A stretch of DNA of 64,000 nt from Christensenellaceae bacterium (GTDB taxonomy: Bacteria; Bacillota; Clostridia; Christensenellales; DTU072): positions 39,773-103,772 of the forward strand of contig JAIRMA010000061.1 of the NCBI GenBank assembly GCA_031259085.1. Direction: 5' to 3'. The notes under the pieces were generated by a model. It was not told where the DNA came from and did not search any database. It was given only the letters and a program-made list of their open reading frames with translations. Each line of letters starts with the position of its first letter. The first letter of the stretch is position 1. Made by a program: the position numbers and the translations under genes. Positions 37,612-49,825 of the stretch are shown piece after piece.

Positions 37612-38505
37612 ATGTATGATGTAATTATTATAGGCGCAGGCCCAGCAGGTTTAACAGCGGCAATTTATGTAGCACGTGCTGGCAAGTCCGTAGCAATAGT
37701 CGCTGAGATTATTGGTGGTGCGGCCTCAACCGCGCATAGAATTGATAACTATCCAGGAATGCCACAAATTAATGGATTTCAATTAACACAAAACATGTAT
37801 GAACATGCTTTATCATTTGGAATTGATTTTATATCGGAAAAAGTAGTACACCTAGAGTTAATAAAGCCAATAAAGGAAGTGGTGCTATCTAAGTCCACTA
37901 TAACGGCCAAAAAAATTATAATCGCAACTGGATCCAAATTTCGCAAGTTAGGCCTCCCTAATGAGAACAGTTTATTAGGTCGTGGCATTTCATATTGCGC
38001 TACATGTGATGGTAATTTCTTTAGGAATAAAGATGTAGTTGTAGTCGGAGGTGGAGACACAGCTATATGTGACGCACTGTTTTTGTCATCAATTGCAAAG
38101 CATACAACCTTAATTCATAGAAGAGATGAATTTAGAGCTGCTAAGTCAATTGTGAATGCATTTAAAAAAGCGCAAATTACTTTTATCTCTGATAGTGTTG
38201 TGTCAAAATTAGTAGGTGATGACTTTTTAACATCAATAGAAATTACAAATGTCAAGACAGGTTTGAAATCACAAGTAACAACGAATGGCGTATTTGTAGC
38301 AATTGGATCTCTCCCAAATTCAGAATTAGTTAAGGATTATGTCAATCTAGACAATAATGGTTATATTATAACAGATGCTCATATGAGAACTAATGTAGAG
38401 GGCGTTTTCGCAGTTGGGGATGTTCGAAACACATTGTTTAGACAGATTATAACCGCGTGTGCTGATGGCGCAATCTCTGCAGAAAGCGCAGTGAATTTTA
38501 ATTAA
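37612..38505 (+). CDS. trxB: Thioredoxin-disulfide reductase
   Basis: IIGAGPAG, CATCDG redox motif, VGGGDTA, FAVGDV. Confidence 0.96.
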   Translation: MYDVIIIGAGPAGLTAAIYVARAGKSVAIVAEIIGGAASTAHRIDNYPGMPQINGFQLTQNMYEHALSFGIDFISEKVVHLELIKPIKEVVLSKSTITAKKIIIATGSKFRKLGLPNENSLLGRGISYCATCDGNFFRNKDVVVVGGGDTAICDALFLSSIAKHTTLIHRRDEFRAAKSIVNAFKKAQITFISDSVVSKLVGDDFLTSIEITNVKTGLKSQVTTNGVFVAIGSLPNSELVKDYVNLDNNGYIITDAHMRTNVEGVFAVGDVRNTLFRQIITACADGAISAESAVNFN

Positions 38506-38735
38506 ATAATATGGATTGCACAATTATTTACAATGATATAAAATTTGTGTTTTTATTAAAATAAATTGTTGGTACAGGATATTATGTATATGTATGTGTG
38601 TGAATATCAATTATTTCTTATAGTTTTATAAAATCTAGAAAACTTCGGATTAATTTTGCCAGTAGTTGCAATAAAGGGGTTTATTAAAGGGCAATAAACT
38701 TGTTTAAGATTAAATGCTTCATCCTCTCCAATATT

Positions 38736-40871
<2,136 letters not shown>

Positions 40872-40879
<8 letters not shown>

Positions 40880-41933
40880 TATCTGGGTCCTCTGATAATG
40901 GCAAATAATTAAACATTGTAACCTCATTCGCACCGTTATAATCAACACCTAAATGCTCATAAGCGCGCTTTAAACAAATCCTGCCACGGGGAGTGCGTTG
41001 AATAAATCCTAATTGCAGTAAGTATGGCTCATATACATCTTCTATCGTAGTATTCTCCTCTCCAGATGCAGCAGCTAATGTATCAAGACCCACTGGTCCA
41101 CCCTCAAATTTAGCTATGATCGTTCTCAAAATAGCGATGTCTACTTTATCAAGACCCAAAGTATCAACCTCTAATTGTGTTAACCCCATCTTTGCAATGT
41201 CTGATGTTATCGTCTCTGAATTATAATATTCAGCAAAATCACGTACCCGCTTTAATAGTCTGTTTGCAATTCTAGGAGTGCCCCTTGAGCGTCTTGCGAT
41301 TTCCATACAAGCATCAGTTTCTATTTTAATCCCCAAAATCCTAGCAGAACGCTTTAATATTAGAAACAGTTCTTCTGGTGTATACATTTCCAACCTGCAT
41401 ATAACACCAAACCTGTCCCGCAAAGGTGCGGATAATTTACCTGCTCTTGTAGTAGCCCCGACTAACGTAAAATGTTTTAGTGGAACTCTGACAGTTCTTG
41501 CCATCAGTCCCTTGCCTAGTACCATGTCTAAAGAAAAATCTTCCATTGCTGGATATAATACTTCCTCAACAACTTTGCTCAACCTGTGTATTTCATCTAT
41601 AAACAGGACTGAATTTTCTTGTAATGAGGTCAAAATCGCAGCTAAGTCCCCAGCTCTTTCAATCGCAGGTCCAGATGTTACTTGAATTTCAACTTTCATT
41701 TCATTAGCTATTATTTTCGATAAAGTGGTTTTTCCTAGTCCTGGAGGGCCATAGAGTAATACGTGATCAAGCGAAGCACCACGCTTTCTTGCAGAATGCA
41801 TGAAAATAGAGAGATTGTGCTTTATGCTCTCTTGTCCTATGTAATCACGCATCTCTCGTGGTCTGAGAGAATTGTCATTATCCTCATCACCTGTGCGGCC
41901 TGGGTTTAATATTCTGTCATTTTCATCCATCAT
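40872..41933 (-). CDS. ruvB: Holliday junction branch migration helicase RuvB
   Basis: [40 protein letters not shown]. Confidence 0.98.
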
Positions 41934-42042
41934 TTAATATCCTATTTGAAATGATCTAACAAATAAATATTGTTAACATCAGTATATATCAATTAAAAAT
42001 ACGTCAGTTGAATAATTTAGTTGTAAGATAAAATTACTAAAT

Positions 42043-42651
42043 TTATTTTTGATTAATTTTCCTTAATGATTCCACAATTAGATCTTCTAGATTTAAATCA
42101 TTTCGATTTGGTATAGATTGCAATACGGATTGTGCTTCTCCTTTGGGTATTCCTAATGATTGCAGGGCAAGTAAGGCATCGTTCATAGTTCCATGCGAAA
42201 ATTCGGTGCTACCTGTCTTATAATCTCCTATACTCCAAAAACTCGCATCCTTTGCTAACTTCTCAGTCAATTCTAATACTATACGCTCTGCTGTTTTTTT
42301 ACCTATTCCCTTTACGGATGATAATGTCCTGATATCTCCTGCTATTATAGTAGATGCTAAGCTTGCAGTGCCGAGCCCCGACAACATCAACATCGCTGAT
42401 TTTGAGCCAACTCCACTTACAGAAGTTAAATATTGATACATTCTTTTTTCATCGTTTGAATTAAACCCAAGTAAAGTAATTGAATCATCTTTAACTTGCA
42501 TAATAGTATGTAGTTTAACTTCATTTCCTAATGGAGGCAAGTGCTGTATTGTTTCAATTGAAACAAACAATTCAAAACCAACCCCGTTTATATCTACGAT
42601 TATGGAATCATCAAGAGCTTTAGAAAAAGTGCCTTTAATATATGCAAACAA
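42043..42651 (-). CDS. ruvA: Holliday junction branch migration protein RuvA
   Basis: AYIKG, VSGVGSK, GIGKKTAERIVLEL; TTG start with AAGGAG SD. Confidence 0.96.
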   Translation of the reverse strand: MFAYIKGTFSKALDDSIIVDINGVGFELFVSIETIQHLPPLGNEVKLHTIMQVKDDSITLLGFNSNDEKRMYQYLTSVSGVGSKSAMLMLSGLGTASLASTIIAGDIRTLSSVKGIGKKTAERIVLELTEKLAKDASFWSIGDYKTGSTEFSHGTMNDALLALQSLGIPKGEAQSVLQSIPNRNDLNLEDLIVESLRKINQK

Positions 42652-42838
42652 TATTTATCTCCTTATGTTTAAAGCGTTTAGATAAAAATAACCATATTCT
42701 ATAGTGTGGCTTGATTTACTAATGTATATAGCTAATAAATTAGATATCTTTATAATATTGTAATATTATTTTAACATAAAAACCTACTAATTTAAATTAA
42801 TTTGTCATTACTTGAATATTGCACTAAATTATTAACCG

Positions 42839-43333
42839 CTATTTAATTTTAAAATTACCAAATATCGAATTTGACCTTGCATGAGTTAATGCTATTGCTA
42901 ACGCGTCTGCAGCATCATCAGGTTTTGGTACTGTTGGAATTTTCAAGAAAACCGTGACCATTTGCTGTATTTGAATTTTTTCTGCATGCCCATAACCAGT
43001 TAATACTTGCTTAACTTGAAGCGGTGTATATTCAAAAATCTGAGCAGCTGAATTTTCTGCTACGAGCAAGATCACACCCCTAGCTTCAGCCACTAAAATA
43101 GCAGTTTTTTGATTACTCTGGAAAAATAATTCCTCTACTGCTATTGCGTCCGGCTTGTATTGATCTACTATAATATTAATTTCATCAGCCAGAATTTTAA
43201 GTCGTGTTGGAAAGCGCGCGTCTTTTGGAGTCACTATAGTTCCGTATTTAATTAAGCTTTGACTATTTCCAATACTTTCTATAATGCCATACCCTAACGT
43301 TGCATAACCAGGGTCAATACCTAGTATAATCAT
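42839..43333 (-). CDS. ruvC: Crossover junction endodeoxyribonuclease RuvC
   Basis: ILGIDPG, VEELFF, EYTPLQVK, DDAADALA. Confidence 0.97.
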   Translation of the reverse strand: MIILGIDPGYATLGYGIIESIGNSQSLIKYGTIVTPKDARFPTRLKILADEINIIVDQYKPDAIAVEELFFQSNQKTAILVAEARGVILLVAENSAAQIFEYTPLQVKQVLTGYGHAEKIQIQQMVTVFLKIPTVPKPDDAADALAIALTHARSNSIFGNFKIK

Positions 43334-43382
43334 AAGTAATATAATATTTTATTTATGAAGAATTGTCAAAATTATTATTATC

Positions 43383-44810
43383 TTAAATCTGTTTTGAGCG
43401 AAACCCACCCACCTTATGTATTTTTATAGATTTTATATATGGCTCTAATCTTGCTTGCAAAATTACAAGTGTTAGATTGTCTGTCATGATCGGTTTAAAT
43501 ATTGCTATCTTATTAAAACCTATGACACCCCCTGAATACAATTTAATCGTTTTGCCAGCATTTTGGGTCAGAATCACAAATTCTTCCACTCTTTGTGAAT
43601 ATCTTGTATCCTCTTCAATTGTGACCCTGTCTATTGTGCTTTTATTGAATTGTAGAGTAATGTCGTATTTGTCATTTATTTTGGGTGAATATGTGCCTCC
43701 TGTTTTCAAATTCAATAAAGGGAATTCTGTCTTTTGATTTGAGGTAGTAAAGACGTTATCAATCGCTACTTTAAGAGATTCTTCTAATCTAATCAAATCT
43801 CCCATTTTTTTTAATCTCAAAACATCCCGTTTATGAAAAAGCCCCTTTTTATTAGGCGGGATGTTTAATAACAATAAACTATTACCACCCACAGCACCAT
43901 AGTATATTTTCATTAGTTTGTTAATTGATTTGACTCGAAGGTTTTGTGAGGAATGATAAAACCAGCCAGGCCTAATTGAGACATCAACTTCTGCAGGTCG
44001 CCATACAAAGCTATCATAATTTTCCAAAACTTCCCTACTCCCCATATCATCAGACATGTTGTTTAAACAGTCATCCTGAAATTGCTTATTATCTGCATCA
44101 GTTTGTTGACAAGCTAAATTTCTTGCTGAATTAGATGCTGGAATTACATTCCATTCAGAAATTCGCGCAATGCCACTTTCGTTCCCTACCCATCTCACAT
44201 CAGGACCTTGATTTGCTAGTATTATCTTAGGTTGGTAATGTAGTGCTGTATTATATATCCTATCATAATCATATGACATTGGAGTTTTTCCATCTAATGC
44301 TGCGCCACATGCACCATCAAGCCAAAGCATAAAAATGTCACCATATTGAGTTAATAATTCTGTTAGCTGCTCTATATAAAAGTCCATATATCTACTTGTT
44401 CCATACAACTTGCAATTCCTGTCCCATGGCGACAAATAAATACCTAATCTCAAATTATATCTTTTGCAAGCCTCACTTAGTTCCTTTATAATATCTCCTC
44501 CGCCGTTTTTATAAGGGGTATATCCTATTGAGTGCTGAGTGGTTTGAGTTTGCCACAAACAAAATCCATCATGGTGTTTAGCAGTAATGACGACACCCTT
44601 CATTTCTGCACTTTTTATTGCTCTGCACCATTGGTCTACATCTAATGCCGTGGGATTGAATAATTCTGGTTTTTCAAAACCAGATCCCCACTCTTTTCCT
44701 GTAAACGTGTTTATTGAAAAATGAATAAATGCATAAAATTTCATGGATTGTATTAATAATTGTCTGTCATTTGGAACGGTTTTTGTGTACAACTCAAGTT
44801 TATCACTCAT
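43383..44810 (-). CDS. Alpha-L-fucosidase (GH29) with C-terminal beta-sandwich domain
   Basis: FIHFSINTF, TAKHHDGFCLW, YLSPWD, WLDGA, RWVGNE, RPGWFYH, LLLNIPP. Confidence 0.93.
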   Translation of the reverse strand: MSDKLELYTKTVPNDRQLLIQSMKFYAFIHFSINTFTGKEWGSGFEKPELFNPTALDVDQWCRAIKSAEMKGVVITAKHHDGFCLWQTQTTQHSIGYTPYKNGGGDIIKELSEACKRYNLRLGIYLSPWDRNCKLYGTSRYMDFYIEQLTELLTQYGDIFMLWLDGACGAALDGKTPMSYDYDRIYNTALHYQPKIILANQGPDVRWVGNESGIARISEWNVIPASNSARNLACQQTDADNKQFQDDCLNNMSDDMGSREVLENYDSFVWRPAEVDVSIRPGWFYHSSQNLRVKSINKLMKIYYGAVGGNSLLLLNIPPNKKGLFHKRDVLRLKKMGDLIRLEESLKVAIDNVFTTSNQKTEFPLLNLKTGGTYSPKINDKYDITLQFNKSTIDRVTIEEDTRYSQRVEEFVILTQNAGKTIKLYSGGVIGFNKIAIFKPIMTDNLTLVILQARLEPYIKSIKIHKVGGFRSKQI

Positions 44811-45214
44811 ATTAAACCTGCCTATAAACTAATTAGACTATCTACATGACAATTCGTTTTTGAATTGTCATAATTTATACAGTCTAAAATGAAACGGAAT
44901 TTGGTGCGTTATATCATATTATAACATATAGTCTTTATATAATAAAACAGTGGTATGATTTAAGAAAATAATCTTTTTGGATTATGCCCTCATCAAGCTA
45001 TATTTTATCTTTACAATTTCTGCCTGGTTACCTTAAAATATCAAATTGCTTAATAAAACACTCCTGGTTTTAAATTAAAAAACTAATACCCTAGATATGA
45101 TGAAATAGTTTAGTCGTCAACAATTGTAATTTATGCGAATATTAGCAAATTATTAGACTTCTCCATCGGATTGTTAATATTTTTTATTTAATTTGATTTA
45201 TCTATTCAATTTAG

Positions 45215-45243
45215 TTGACAACCCTTCATATATAGTATATCAT
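45215..45243 (+). promoter_or_regulatory. sigma-A promoter of tRNA cluster 2
   Basis: TTGACA (45215-45220), 17 bp, TATCAT (45238-45243). Confidence 0.75.
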
Positions 45244-45253
45244 ATAATGACAT

Positions 45254-45329
<76 letters not shown>

Positions 45330-45377
45330 TTTTTTTTATAGTCTTTAGGATGAGTTACACGAGTCTCTATAGACTGA

Positions 45378-45454
45378 GGCGGCGTAGCTTAGGTGGTTAT
45401 AGCGGCCGGTTCATACCCGGCAGGTCGTTGGTTCGAATCCGACCGCCGCTACCA
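45378..45454 (+). tRNA. Elongator tRNA-Met(CAT)
   Basis: GGCGGCG...CGCCGCT-ACCA; anticodon arm GCCGG-TTCATAC-CCGGC. Confidence 0.93.
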
Positions 45455-45466
45455 TTTTTTTTATCA

Positions 45467-45541
45467 GGTCCCATCGTCAAGCGGTCAAGACGTTGCCCTT
45501 TCACGGCAGAGTCGGGAGTTCGATTCTCCCTGGGATCACCA
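45467..45541 (+). tRNA. tRNA-Glu(TTC)
   Basis: GGTCCCA...TGGGATC-ACCA; anticodon loop CTTTCAC. Confidence 0.95.
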
Positions 45542-45544
45542 CTT

Positions 45545-45620
45545 GGGAGCATAGCTCAGCTGGGAGAGCGCTTGCCTTACAAGCAAGATGTCACAGGTTC
45601 AAGTCCTGTTGTTCCCACCA
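45545..45620 (+). tRNA. tRNA-Val(TAC)
   Basis: GGGAGCA...TGTTCCC-ACCA; anticodon loop CTTACAA. Confidence 0.96.
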
Positions 45621-45648
45621 ATAAAATTCAGGCATAATAAAACAAGGG

Positions 45649-45675
45649 TGTCCGCATATGAATGCGGACATTTTT
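45649..45675 (+). terminator. Intrinsic terminator of tRNA cluster 2
   Basis: TGTCCGCAT-atga-ATGCGGACA followed by TTTTT. Confidence 0.88.
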
Positions 45676-46001
45676 GTTTACTTTTGCAAATTGCTATCCT
45701 ACACTAATTATTGCATTTATTCACTATCCAAATGATAACCACAAAAAATAAATTAAGAACAGAGAACTAAACGGAATAAACACACGATCAAAATATTTTA
45801 AATAAATGAAGGTCTAGGATATATAGATAATTTGTGTTCACTTGATAGAATTCTTAGTGCATTTTAATCTGTGTTTAGTAAAATTTGTTTTGCGGTTTTG
45901 CGGTTTTGCGATTTTAAATATACTTAAAATTTACCATTATTTTTAAATAAAACGTTCAATACTTGCAAAATTATAATTGTTTTGATATAATTAAAATCAA
46001 G

Positions 46002-46376
46002 ATGAAGGAGACCCCAGAACGTATTTTACACGTTATATACAAATTATCACTCGAAAATCAGTTATTGAAATCAATAGCTATTGCAAAAAAACTGGGCATA
46101 ACTCGCCCTGATGTTTTTCGATCCATTAAATTATTAAAAAATTATGGTTACATTTATCAAAAGCCTTATGGAAAAATAGCCTTAACCGAGAAGGGTCGTG
46201 TCCGGGCTGAAAAAATACATAGACTACATAAAGGCTTATTAGTAGCATTAACAAATCACGTGGGGCTAGCTACTGATGAAGCATCTGAAGCGGCCTATAG
46301 TGCTGAACATATATTAAGCGAGAGTGCAATTGATAAAATTTTAGCCCTATTAATAAAATTAGGATTAACAGAATAA
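46002..46376 (+). CDS. DtxR/MntR-family metal-dependent transcriptional regulator (divergent ligands)
   Basis: IAKKLGITRPDV HTH, YGKIALTEKG wing, AEHILS; start placed at ATG 46002 because the TTG at 45963 is the -35 box of a TTGCAA-17-TATAAT promoter. Confidence 0.85.
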   Translation: MKETPERILHVIYKLSLENQLLKSIAIAKKLGITRPDVFRSIKLLKNYGYIYQKPYGKIALTEKGRVRAEKIHRLHKGLLVALTNHVGLATDEASEAAYSAEHILSESAIDKILALLIKLGLTE

Positions 46377-46406
46377 TATACTTAAGTTTGAAAAATGAAG
46401 GTTTAA

Positions 46407-47102
46407 ATGATAGGACTATATATAACTTCTGCACTGACACTCCTAGCAGGAACAATTTCATCATATTTGTATTCCAAGCAAAAACATACGCTTCGCTTGA
46501 TCTTTAAAAGCTTAGCCTCACTTCTTTTTTGTGCGACTGGCTTATTAGCGATTTTATTGTCAAGGACATTTTCTGTGTATTCATTAGGGGTCATGGCAGC
46601 ATTAATTTTGGGGCTTGTGGGTGACATATTTTTATGTCTCGATTCACTACTGCCAGAAGAAAAATCCAAAATGTTGATGAACGGCATCGGTCTTCTTGCG
46701 TTTTTAGCAGGGCACGTATTTTTCATAATTATATTCATGCAAAAGGCGCCCTTTAAATTACAAACGTTGCCAATAATTTTAATAATACCTTTGCTCTTCT
46801 TATTTGCGCATAAATTAAGACTTATCAACTCTCCTAAATCAGTAGTTATTCCTTGTTTAGTATATGGCATGTTTTTGGGCTTAACTGTTACATCAACTGT
46901 TAGTCTCTATTTAACAGAAAGATCTCTGGCACACTTAATTGCACTATTTGCCGCATTATTGTTTACAATATCCGATTCTACACTTGTTATACGATTCTTT
47001 TCAGTAAGTAATGAACGTAAAAATTACATACTTATGTATGTAGTACTTTTTTCTTACTATATGGCACAAAGTCTGTTTGCTATCACAATTATATTAAATT
47101 AG
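46407..47102 (+). CDS. YhhN / lysoplasmalogenase family membrane protein
   Basis: About 8 TM helices; K..ASL.F, GLVGDIFL, G..AFLAGH, LFTISDS, YYMAQ motifs. Confidence 0.85.
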   Translation: MIGLYITSALTLLAGTISSYLYSKQKHTLRLIFKSLASLLFCATGLLAILLSRTFSVYSLGVMAALILGLVGDIFLCLDSLLPEEKSKMLMNGIGLLAFLAGHVFFIIIFMQKAPFKLQTLPIILIIPLLFLFAHKLRLINSPKSVVIPCLVYGMFLGLTVTSTVSLYLTERSLAHLIALFAALLFTISDSTLVIRFFSVSNERKNYILMYVVLFSYYMAQSLFAITIILN

Positions 47103-47152
47103 CTTTTTTTTATAGCCTTTTTAGCATTATTAAACACAATGATCACTGGCTC

Positions 47153-48346
47153 TTAGTCTTTACTAATGAGTGCTCTCGTTTCTCTTGCAATCATTAATTC
47201 CTCGTTTGTGGGGATGACGATCACTTTAATTTTTGATCTTGCTTGATGTAATTCTCCGAATTTACCTCTTATGCTCTGGTTCTTTTTTTCATCTATTTTA
47301 ACACCTAAGCATTCAAGACCGTCTGTTATTTTTTTTCTGGCATACCAAGCATTTTCACCAATGCCACCAGTAAATGCAATACAATCAAGACCAGACATCG
47401 CTACAAAATATGATCCAATATATTTCCTGACGCGATATGCAAACATCTCTATTGCAAGGTTTGCTCTAAAATTGTTTTCGTCAGTTGCCATTCTTGTCAA
47501 ATCTCTAAAATCACTAACTCCTGCAATGCCTAAAAATCCAGACTTTTTGTTGAGATAATCTACTATTTCATCAGCTGATACATTTTTTTGCTTTGCTAGA
47601 TATGTAATAAGTGCTGGATCACAATCACCACTTCTTGTGCCCATTATCATCCCTTCTAATGGCGTTAAACCCATAGATGTATCAACACATTTACCATCAA
47701 CTACTGCTGCTAGAGAACTTCCATTCCCTAAGTGGCATACTATTATTTTTGAGTTTTCTTTGTTTAAATATTTGACAGCTTCTCCTGATACATATTTATG
47801 AGATGTACCATGAAACCCGTATTTTCGTACCTTAAATTTTTCATAATCCTCAAAATCAATTGCATACATATAAGCATGTGCAGGCATTGATGAATGGAAT
47901 ACAGTGTCGAACACAGCAACATTAGGCACGCCTTTTAAAACTGAAATGCAACTATCTACACAACCAAGATTCGCATATTGATGCAATGGACCAAGCACCG
48001 CATTCTCATAGCATATTTTCAGTACCTCATCATCAATAATTACACTGCTTTTATAATCTTCAGCTCCATGTAATACTCTGTGTCCAATCGCCGTTATTTC
48101 GCTGGTGTTAGTTAAAAATCCAATGCAGGGATCTGTCATTGACTCTAAGACAACTCTAAGTGCCTCTGTGTGATTTGACATCGCTTTTTTTATTGTATTA
48201 GTACTTGAACCAGAGGTTTGGGTTAATGTCGATTCCTGTTGACCAATTCTTTCAACTATACCACGGCCTAAAGTTGTCTCATCATCCATATCTATCACTT
48301 GATATTTTAAAGATGAGCTACCTGCATTAATTACTAATACTTTCAT
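47153..48346 (-). CDS. ackA: Acetate kinase
   Basis: LVINAGSSSLKYQ, GHRVLHG, YGFHGTSH, HLGNGSS, FTGGIGEN, PTNEELMIA. Confidence 0.98.
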   Translation of the reverse strand: MKVLVINAGSSSLKYQVIDMDDETTLGRGIVERIGQQESTLTQTSGSSTNTIKKAMSNHTEALRVVLESMTDPCIGFLTNTSEITAIGHRVLHGAEDYKSSVIIDDEVLKICYENAVLGPLHQYANLGCVDSCISVLKGVPNVAVFDTVFHSSMPAHAYMYAIDFEDYEKFKVRKYGFHGTSHKYVSGEAVKYLNKENSKIIVCHLGNGSSLAAVVDGKCVDTSMGLTPLEGMIMGTRSGDCDPALITYLAKQKNVSADEIVDYLNKKSGFLGIAGVSDFRDLTRMATDENNFRANLAIEMFAYRVRKYIGSYFVAMSGLDCIAFTGGIGENAWYARKKITDGLECLGVKIDEKKNQSIRGKFGELHQARSKIKVIVIPTNEELMIARETRALISKD

Positions 48347-48442
48347 TTGTTTACCACCTGTCTATTGTTTTACTTTATTTCTTTTGACTGCAATCTTTGA
48401 TTTATTATCTGTATCCTTCGTTTATACATAAGTTTAGTCGCA

Positions 48443-49441
48443 TTATATGGCTTGCAATGCAGTTATTGCAACAACACTTACTACATCATATACAGAGCAA
48501 CCACGCGACAAATCATTAATAGGCGCCGCTAACCCCTGGCAAATTGGTCCTATAGCCTCAACCCCAGCAAATCGTTGAACTAATTTATATCCTATATTGC
48601 CAGACTGTAAATCTGGAAAAATTAGGACGTTTGCGTGGCCTGCTACACAACTATTAGGAGCTTTTAATTTAGCTACTTCTGGAACGATCGCTGCATCTAA
48701 TTGTAACTCACCATCAAATTCAAACGATGGTTTTAAATCCTTTAATATTGCAACTGCATTGTTAACCTTATCGACTAGAGGGTGCTTTGCACTACCCTTT
48801 GTAGAGAATGATAACAGCGCCACTTTGGGGCATTCAATCCCAGCTATTGTTTTTGCACTGTCAGCACTAGCTATTGCAATATCAGCTAGTTGCTCTGATG
48901 TTGGATCTGGCAGTACAGCGCAATCACCGAAAATCATAACACCTGTGTCAAACAGTGATTCATCAGGCAACGCCATAATAAAACAACTAGATACAGTCTT
49001 AATCCCTTTCTTTCCTTTGATTATTTGTAAAGCTGGTCTCAGCACATCCCCTGTAGCATTTATAGAGCCTGCTACCATACCGTCTGCGTCCTTGCTTTTA
49101 ATCATTAAACAACCAAAATACAACGGGTTTGTTGCAAGTTTTTGTGCTTGATCCGCGCTAAGACCCTTATCTTTTCTAAGCTGGTATAAAAGATTAGCGT
49201 AATCTTCTAACTTAGTAGATTCAGCAGGATTAATAATCTTGACACGAGAAATATCTAGTTTTGCATCAGTAGCCTTTGATAATATTTTGGTCGAATCGCC
49301 CAATAAAATAATGTCTGCTATCCCTTCTTTTGATACGATAGCAGCCGCTTCTATTATTCTAAGCTCTTCTCCCTCTGCTAAAACTATGCGCTTATATCGT
49401 GATTTTGCCGCAATAATAGCCGAATCTATGAATTTTGACAT
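48443..49441 (-). CDS. pta: Phosphate acetyltransferase
   Basis: IVLAEGE, LSFSTKGS, DGELQLDAA, FPDLQSGNIGYK, NDLSRG. Confidence 0.97.
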   Translation of the reverse strand: MSKFIDSAIIAAKSRYKRIVLAEGEELRIIEAAAIVSKEGIADIILLGDSTKILSKATDAKLDISRVKIINPAESTKLEDYANLLYQLRKDKGLSADQAQKLATNPLYFGCLMIKSKDADGMVAGSINATGDVLRPALQIIKGKKGIKTVSSCFIMALPDESLFDTGVMIFGDCAVLPDPTSEQLADIAIASADSAKTIAGIECPKVALLSFSTKGSAKHPLVDKVNNAVAILKDLKPSFEFDGELQLDAAIVPEVAKLKAPNSCVAGHANVLIFPDLQSGNIGYKLVQRFAGVEAIGPICQGLAAPINDLSRGCSVYDVVSVVAITALQAI

Positions 49442-49825
49442 ACTCCCTCCGAATTAAGTATTGATTTATTGTTGTAAGTAATATATAATATAACTAAGTA
49501 AAATAATTACTGTCATTTAATGTGTGTTAATTATTTCTAAAATAATCATTGCAATTGATAACAGTTAATCAATGTTCTTGATATATATTACTATTTTTTG
49601 TTAAAATAATCAAGCAATATAACTATTAAACTATTTTTTTTAGTGTTTATTTGCATACATTTTGCTGTACAAATTCTTGTATTTTTGTTTGCAATTTTTT
49701 GATTTTAATGCTTTATTAAAGCGATCTAATCGTATAATATAGTCATATCAATAATTTGCAATATCCAAAAAATGAATGGTTTTTATCACAATAGACTCTA
49801 AAATAATTAGCGCGGGGAGGTACTT

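Noticed and set aside
45350-45637. 95-aa ORF
   Set aside because: Overlaps three tRNA genes; spurious.
45888-45911. TTTTGCGG x3 octamer tandem repeat
   Set aside because: Too short, no spacers and no associated gene; likely slippage. Not CRISPR or iterons.
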